Of a stretch of DNA of 64,000 nucleotides, positions 60,332 through 64,000 are shown one piece after another. A program made the translations under genes and the position numbers. The notes below the pieces were generated by a model, which did no database searches, was not told where the DNA came from, and saw only the letters and a program-made list of their open reading frames with translations. Positions within the stretch are counted from its first letter, which is position 1. Every line of letters starts with the position of its first letter. This DNA is from Dehalococcoidia bacterium (GTDB lineage Bacteria > Chloroflexota > Dehalococcoidia > Lucifugimonadales > UBA2985), in NCBI GenBank assembly GCA_965204895.1, contig OZ242025.1, forward strand, positions 1,604,864 through 1,668,863, written 5' to 3'.

Positions 60332-61021
60332 GTGCTTACACTTACCGGAAAATACAGATGGTTGCCACTGGCTTTGTGCCTGTTCATGGCCGCCGTCATG
60401 TTCGCCGCCTGCGGCAGCGAAGAGGCCACCAGCACGCCTACGACGATCCCAACCGCCACGACCGCTCCAACCTCCGCTCCCGCGGCCACGGACGCTCCGC
60501 AGGCTACATCGATGCCGGCCGCCACGGATGCGCCACAGGCCACTATGGCGCCCACGGCCACGGAGGAGCCTCCCAAGATGATGGTAGAGGTGGGCAACAA
60601 GCCGGGACAGATGGCCCCGGACTTTGACCTGGCAACCGTGGAGGGAGCGCAGGTCTCCCTGAGCGGCCTTCAGGGGCAGCCGACCGTGCTCTACTTCTTC
60701 GCCACGTGGTGACCGGTATGCCGTGCGTCGTTGGCGCAACTGAAGGATGTCCACCCCGAATACGCTGACCGCGTGAACTTCCTTGCTGTGAACGTGGACC
60801 CGGGGGAGAGCGCCGAGAAGATCCTGAACTACAAGAACTCGGAAGGCTTCACCTGGCCCATGACCACCGCACATACGGACACGCTGAGGGCCTACGGCGT
60901 CACCAGCCAGGCTACCTACGCCACCCTGGACAGCAACAGCATAATCATAGAGGGCGTCACCTCCGGCAGCCATAACGCAGACGACTGGCGAAAGCTCTTT
61001 GACGGCCTTCTGGGCTCCTAA
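60332..61021 (+). CDS. TlpA/ResA-like thioredoxin-fold lipoprotein, probable selenoprotein (UxxC; in-frame TGA at 60710-12)
   Basis: Lipobox FAAC; APDFDL...LYFFATW-TGA-PVC-RASL...FLAVNVD runs on in one frame; SECIS-like hairpin follows the TGA. Confidence 0.8.
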
Positions 61022-61083
61022 CCCTTGAGCTTACGCCCTAGGCATTAACACCTAGGGGCCAGCGTTCGTTAGGAACGATATGC

Positions 61084-61160
61084 ACAAGTCCAATCCACTC
61101 CCGCGAAGGCGGGAGTCCACACCCCGCCCCTCTTGGACTCCTGCCTACGCAGGAATGGTG
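61084..61160. repeat. REP-like element (second copy, without the nested insert)
   Basis: ACAAGTCCAATCCACTCCCGCGAAGGCGGGAGTCCA...TGGACTCCTGCCTACGCAGGAATG. Confidence 0.75.
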
Positions 61161-61231
61161 GTGAAGGTGTCATTAGGCGGAATGGCCTTGTTCCTAGCTT
61201 GTTCAGAGTATCCTTAGGGAGGTATCCCTTC

Positions 61232-61879
61232 ATGCACAACCAGAGGTTCTTCGGACTAGCTCTCATTGTACTCGGCGCCATCTTCCTGTTGTCGGAGGTT
61301 GGCGGGCTCAGTTTCTCCATCTGGCAGTGGTGGCCGCTGTTCCCAATAGCCGCCGGGGTCGTTGGCGTCTCAAGCGGCAACTGGAAAGGCGGCCTCATCG
61401 TCATCGCCGTCTTCTCCGCGTTCCTGTTCAACAACCTCGGCTTCATCAGGATTGACTTCTCGTTCCTCTGGCCGATAGCGCTCATAGCCGCTGGCGCGTT
61501 AATCCTCTTTGGTCGCGGGGCCTTCGGCGGCGGCAAGACTCCAGACGCGGGCGATGAGCTTGACGTTGCCAGCGTCTTCTCCGAAAGCAACCAGACTGCC
61601 GCCGGCAAGGGCTTCCGCGGAGGCAACGTCTCCGCCACTTTCGGAAGCGCCGAAATCGACCTCCGCTCCGCCGACGTGGTTGACGGCACAGCCACGGTCA
61701 ACGCCAGCGCGCTCTTCGGCAGCATCAATCTCCGGGTCCCGCCCGACTGGGCGGTCGATATCCGCTCATCCGCCGTGTTCGGCAGCATAGAGGCGAAACG
61801 CCCCGAACCCTCAGAGCCCAAGGCAAGGCTGATAGTCACGGGGGCATGCTGGTTCGGAGGGATACAGATTACGTCCTGA
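61232..61879 (+). CDS. LiaF-like membrane protein (DUF5668/DUF2154)
   Basis: 4 TM with WWPL/LWPIAL, then FGSAEIDLR...FGSINLRVP...FGGIQI; GGGAGG RBS. Confidence 0.8.
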   Translation: MHNQRFFGLALIVLGAIFLLSEVGGLSFSIWQWWPLFPIAAGVVGVSSGNWKGGLIVIAVFSAFLFNNLGFIRIDFSFLWPIALIAAGALILFGRGAFGGGKTPDAGDELDVASVFSESNQTAAGKGFRGGNVSATFGSAEIDLRSADVVDGTATVNASALFGSINLRVPPDWAVDIRSSAVFGSIEAKRPEPSEPKARLIVTGACWFGGIQITS

Positions 61880-61887
61880 ACAAAGCC

Positions 61888-61924
61888 CAGCTTTCGGGGA
61901 CAGAGGCTATGCCCCCGAAAGCTG
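61888..61924. terminator. Hairpin between convergent genes
   Basis: CAGCTTTCGGGG...CCCCGAAAGCTG, 12-bp stem. Confidence 0.65.
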
Positions 61925-61954
61925 CACAGGCAGTCTCACCAAGTCCCTTTACGT

Positions 61955-64000
61955 CTACCCCTCTTCTAGAGGAAACAGCACCACTCTGATATACATGTCT
62001 TCAGTCAAGTAGCGCTGGGCCGCGGCCTCAATATCCTCCAGAGTCAGGGCGTCCAGCAACTCATCAAAGCCGACTATCTCTGCGAAGGGCTCGCCCCGCT
62101 GGGCCGCAAACCTGATCTCGCGGAGCCAGAACCTGTTGTCCCGCAGGTCCTCCTCGCGGGAGGTGCGGAAAAGCTCCTTGGCCTTGTCCAGGTACTCCTG
62201 CTCGCCGCCCGCGCGCAGCCACTCCACCTCATCCAGGACTTCGCCAAAGAGCTCCTCGGTGCGAGAGGGGTCGCTGCCGAAAATAGAGTAGATCAGGTAC
62301 TCTTCATCTGGCAGGCTGGAGCCTCTTGCGACCACCCCTATGCTGTAGGTTCCGCCCAGCTCCTCCCGCACCCGCTCACGCAGACGAATCCCGAGCATCT
62401 CGCCTGCAACTTCGATGGTGAGGGCCTCCCGGCGGCTCCACTCCATGTCCCCGGCGTACAGCAGGACCGTGTTGCTGCGAGGCTCGATGCCGCTGTGGAC
62501 AACAAGGTCCTCCACTCCCATTGGCGGGTCTATGCCGTGGTCAATCCACTCCTCAGCGCGGCCGGTGGTCGGCAGGCTGGCCAGGTACGTCTCGGTCAAC
62601 GACCGCAGGTTGTCCCAGTCGAATGCGCCCACAAAGACAAAGGTTGAGTCGCCCAGGTCCGCGAAGCGGTCGGCGTACACCGACTCCGCGCGCTCCATGC
62701 TGAGCTCCTCCAGCAGCTCTACTGTGAGGGGGCGAGCGCGGAGGTGCTCCTGGCTCAGCACGGTGTTCACTTTGTCGAAGAGGGCCTGGTCCGGCTGGGC
62801 CGCGTTGAACTCGGCGACGCTGCGGAGTCTCGCCTCGTACTGTGCGTAGAAGGCCGGGTCCAGGCGAGGCGCAGTCGCATAGAGCGTAATGAGTTGGAAC
62901 ATGGTCTCCATGTCCTCAGGCGAGGCGTTTCCAACAAAACCCTCAAACAGCTCCCCGATGTAGGGGGACACCTGCACCCTCTTGCCGGCCAGCAGCTTCT
63001 CCAGCGCCACGCTGTCGTGCGGCCCGACGCCGCTTCCGGCAACCAGCTGGGAGGCGAACTGAGCCGAGACGTGGTCTGCGTCTGCCACCAGTGAGCTCCC
63101 GCCGGGGCTAAAGGCCCGGAACTCAACTTCGTCATCGCGGAAGTCCGTCTGCTTGGCAATCACGGTAATGCCGTTGGACAGCGTCCACTTTTGCGCGTCT
63201 ATGGACTCTATTTGCTCTTCAGCAGTGATGCTGCCCGGAGACGGGATTGTCGCCAGGAGCGGCGCGTCGCCCAGGTCGTCGGCGTAGGGGTCCACCTCCA
63301 GCCTGTGGGCCGTCTCCAGTTGCGCCAGGGTCGCCGCGGCCAGGTCGACGTCGGAGCTTGCCTCAGTCTCCTCGGGTCGCACGACCAGAAGCGCCGTATC
63401 CTGGGACTTGCTCCAGGCCTCTGCCACCCTGTCGAAGTCCTCCACGGAGATTTCAGACAGCGCCTCCTGGTACAGCGACCACTCGGCCTCTGCGCCCAGG
63501 GCCGGCGTGCCGCCGAGGAAGTGGTTCGCGTACTTGTCGGCCAGGCTCGCGGACGGTATCTGGTCACGCTGCTTGTACTGGCTCTCCGCCTCTCTCAAGA
63601 GGTTGCTCTTTTCCCGGGCCAGTTCACCTTCAGTGAAGCCGTAGAGTCTAATCCGCAGCAACTCCTCCAGCACAGCCTCCAGACCGCGCTCAATGCCGCC
63701 CGGGTTCACCCAGGCCGCAAACTGTACGATGTCCAGTGACTCCACGTACGGCGAACGAACGGAGTTGGCCAACAGGTATGGTGGATCTGCTGCCTGGGCC
63801 CGCTCAAAAAGCCTTGCGTTCAGCATCTCTACGGCCAGCCTTTCGACAACAAAGCGCCGGAAGGCCGCTTTGTCCTGGCCCTTGTCCGGGGCCAGCTTTC
63901 TTATCAGAACGAACTGGCTGCCGGGCGACTCGGCGTCCGTGAACACCTCTATCCACGGCTCCTCGTGGCTCTCATAGTCGAAGCTCGGCCTGTTGGTGGC
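61955..64000 (-). CDS. M16-family zinc protease (PqqL-like), C-terminal part; 5' end outside window
   Basis: WTLSNGITV..KQTDF, SPGGSS, LRERVREELGGTYS. Confidence 0.88.
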   Translation of the reverse strand, partial: ATNRPSFDYESHEEPWIEVFTDAESPGSQFVLIRKLAPDKGQDKAAFRRFVVERLAVEMLNARLFERAQAADPPYLLANSVRSPYVESLDIVQFAAWVNPGGIERGLEAVLEELLRIRLYGFTEGELAREKSNLLREAESQYKQRDQIPSASLADKYANHFLGGTPALGAEAEWSLYQEALSEISVEDFDRVAEAWSKSQDTALLVVRPEETEASSDVDLAAATLAQLETAHRLEVDPYADDLGDAPLLATIPSPGSITAEEQIESIDAQKWTLSNGITVIAKQTDFRDDEVEFRAFSPGGSSLVADADHVSAQFASQLVAGSGVGPHDSVALEKLLAGKRVQVSPYIGELFEGFVGNASPEDMETMFQLITLYATAPRLDPAFYAQYEARLRSVAEFNAAQPDQALFDKVNTVLSQEHLRARPLTVELLEELSMERAESVYADRFADLGDSTFVFVGAFDWDNLRSLTETYLASLPTTGRAEEWIDHGIDPPMGVEDLVVHSGIEPRSNTVLLYAGDMEWSRREALTIEVAGEMLGIRLRERVREELGGTYSIGVVARGSSLPDEEYLIYSIFGSDPSRTEELFGEVLDEVEWLRAGGEQEYLDKAKELFRTSREEDLRDNRFWLREIRFAAQRGEPFAEIVGFDELLDALTLEDIEAAAQRYLTEDMYIRVVLFPLEEG

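Noticed and set aside
1-64000. tRNA, rRNA, retron or DGR reverse transcriptase, intact integrase
   Set aside because: None recognised by eye; small RNAs could be missed without covariance searches.

Overview
GC-rich bacterial accessory region. The FN3/Calx-beta/LRR lipoproteins suggest a Chloroflexota (SAR202-like) host-associated organism, but that is inference only. From left to right: (1) the 3' part of a PRTRC ubiquitin-like operon (F-like, E2-like B, JAB A, ThiF/E1, DUF2958, acidic E-like); (2) a PRTase, an XRE HTH, a 2488-aa adhesin, a NarL-type two-component system (TCS) and secreted proteins, with a duplicated ~215-bp promoter-like element carrying a 9-2-9 palindrome; (3) a ~17 kb defence island (22.3-38.2 kb) bordered by recombinase, excisionase and IS relics. 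The island holds a type II CBASS (Cap4-like nuclease-SAVED, CD-NTase, Cap2, Cap3, an extra membrane gene), a two-ATPase/TPR module and a Hachiman-like pair with a third HhH-like gene. The CBASS operon is divergently paired with an atypical Crp/cNMP-binding regulator, and a Crp-geometry palindrome sits inside the CBASS sigma70 promoter; this is the best candidate for an undescribed system; (4) an LRR lipoprotein, a paralogous TCS, secreted proteins and pseudogenes; (5) a direct-repeat-flanked sugar/radical SAM/methyltransferase cluster and a vapBC-like pair; (6) core-like genes, including a probable UxxC selenocysteine thioredoxin-fold lipoprotein. All calls come from reading motifs by eye; no database search was run.
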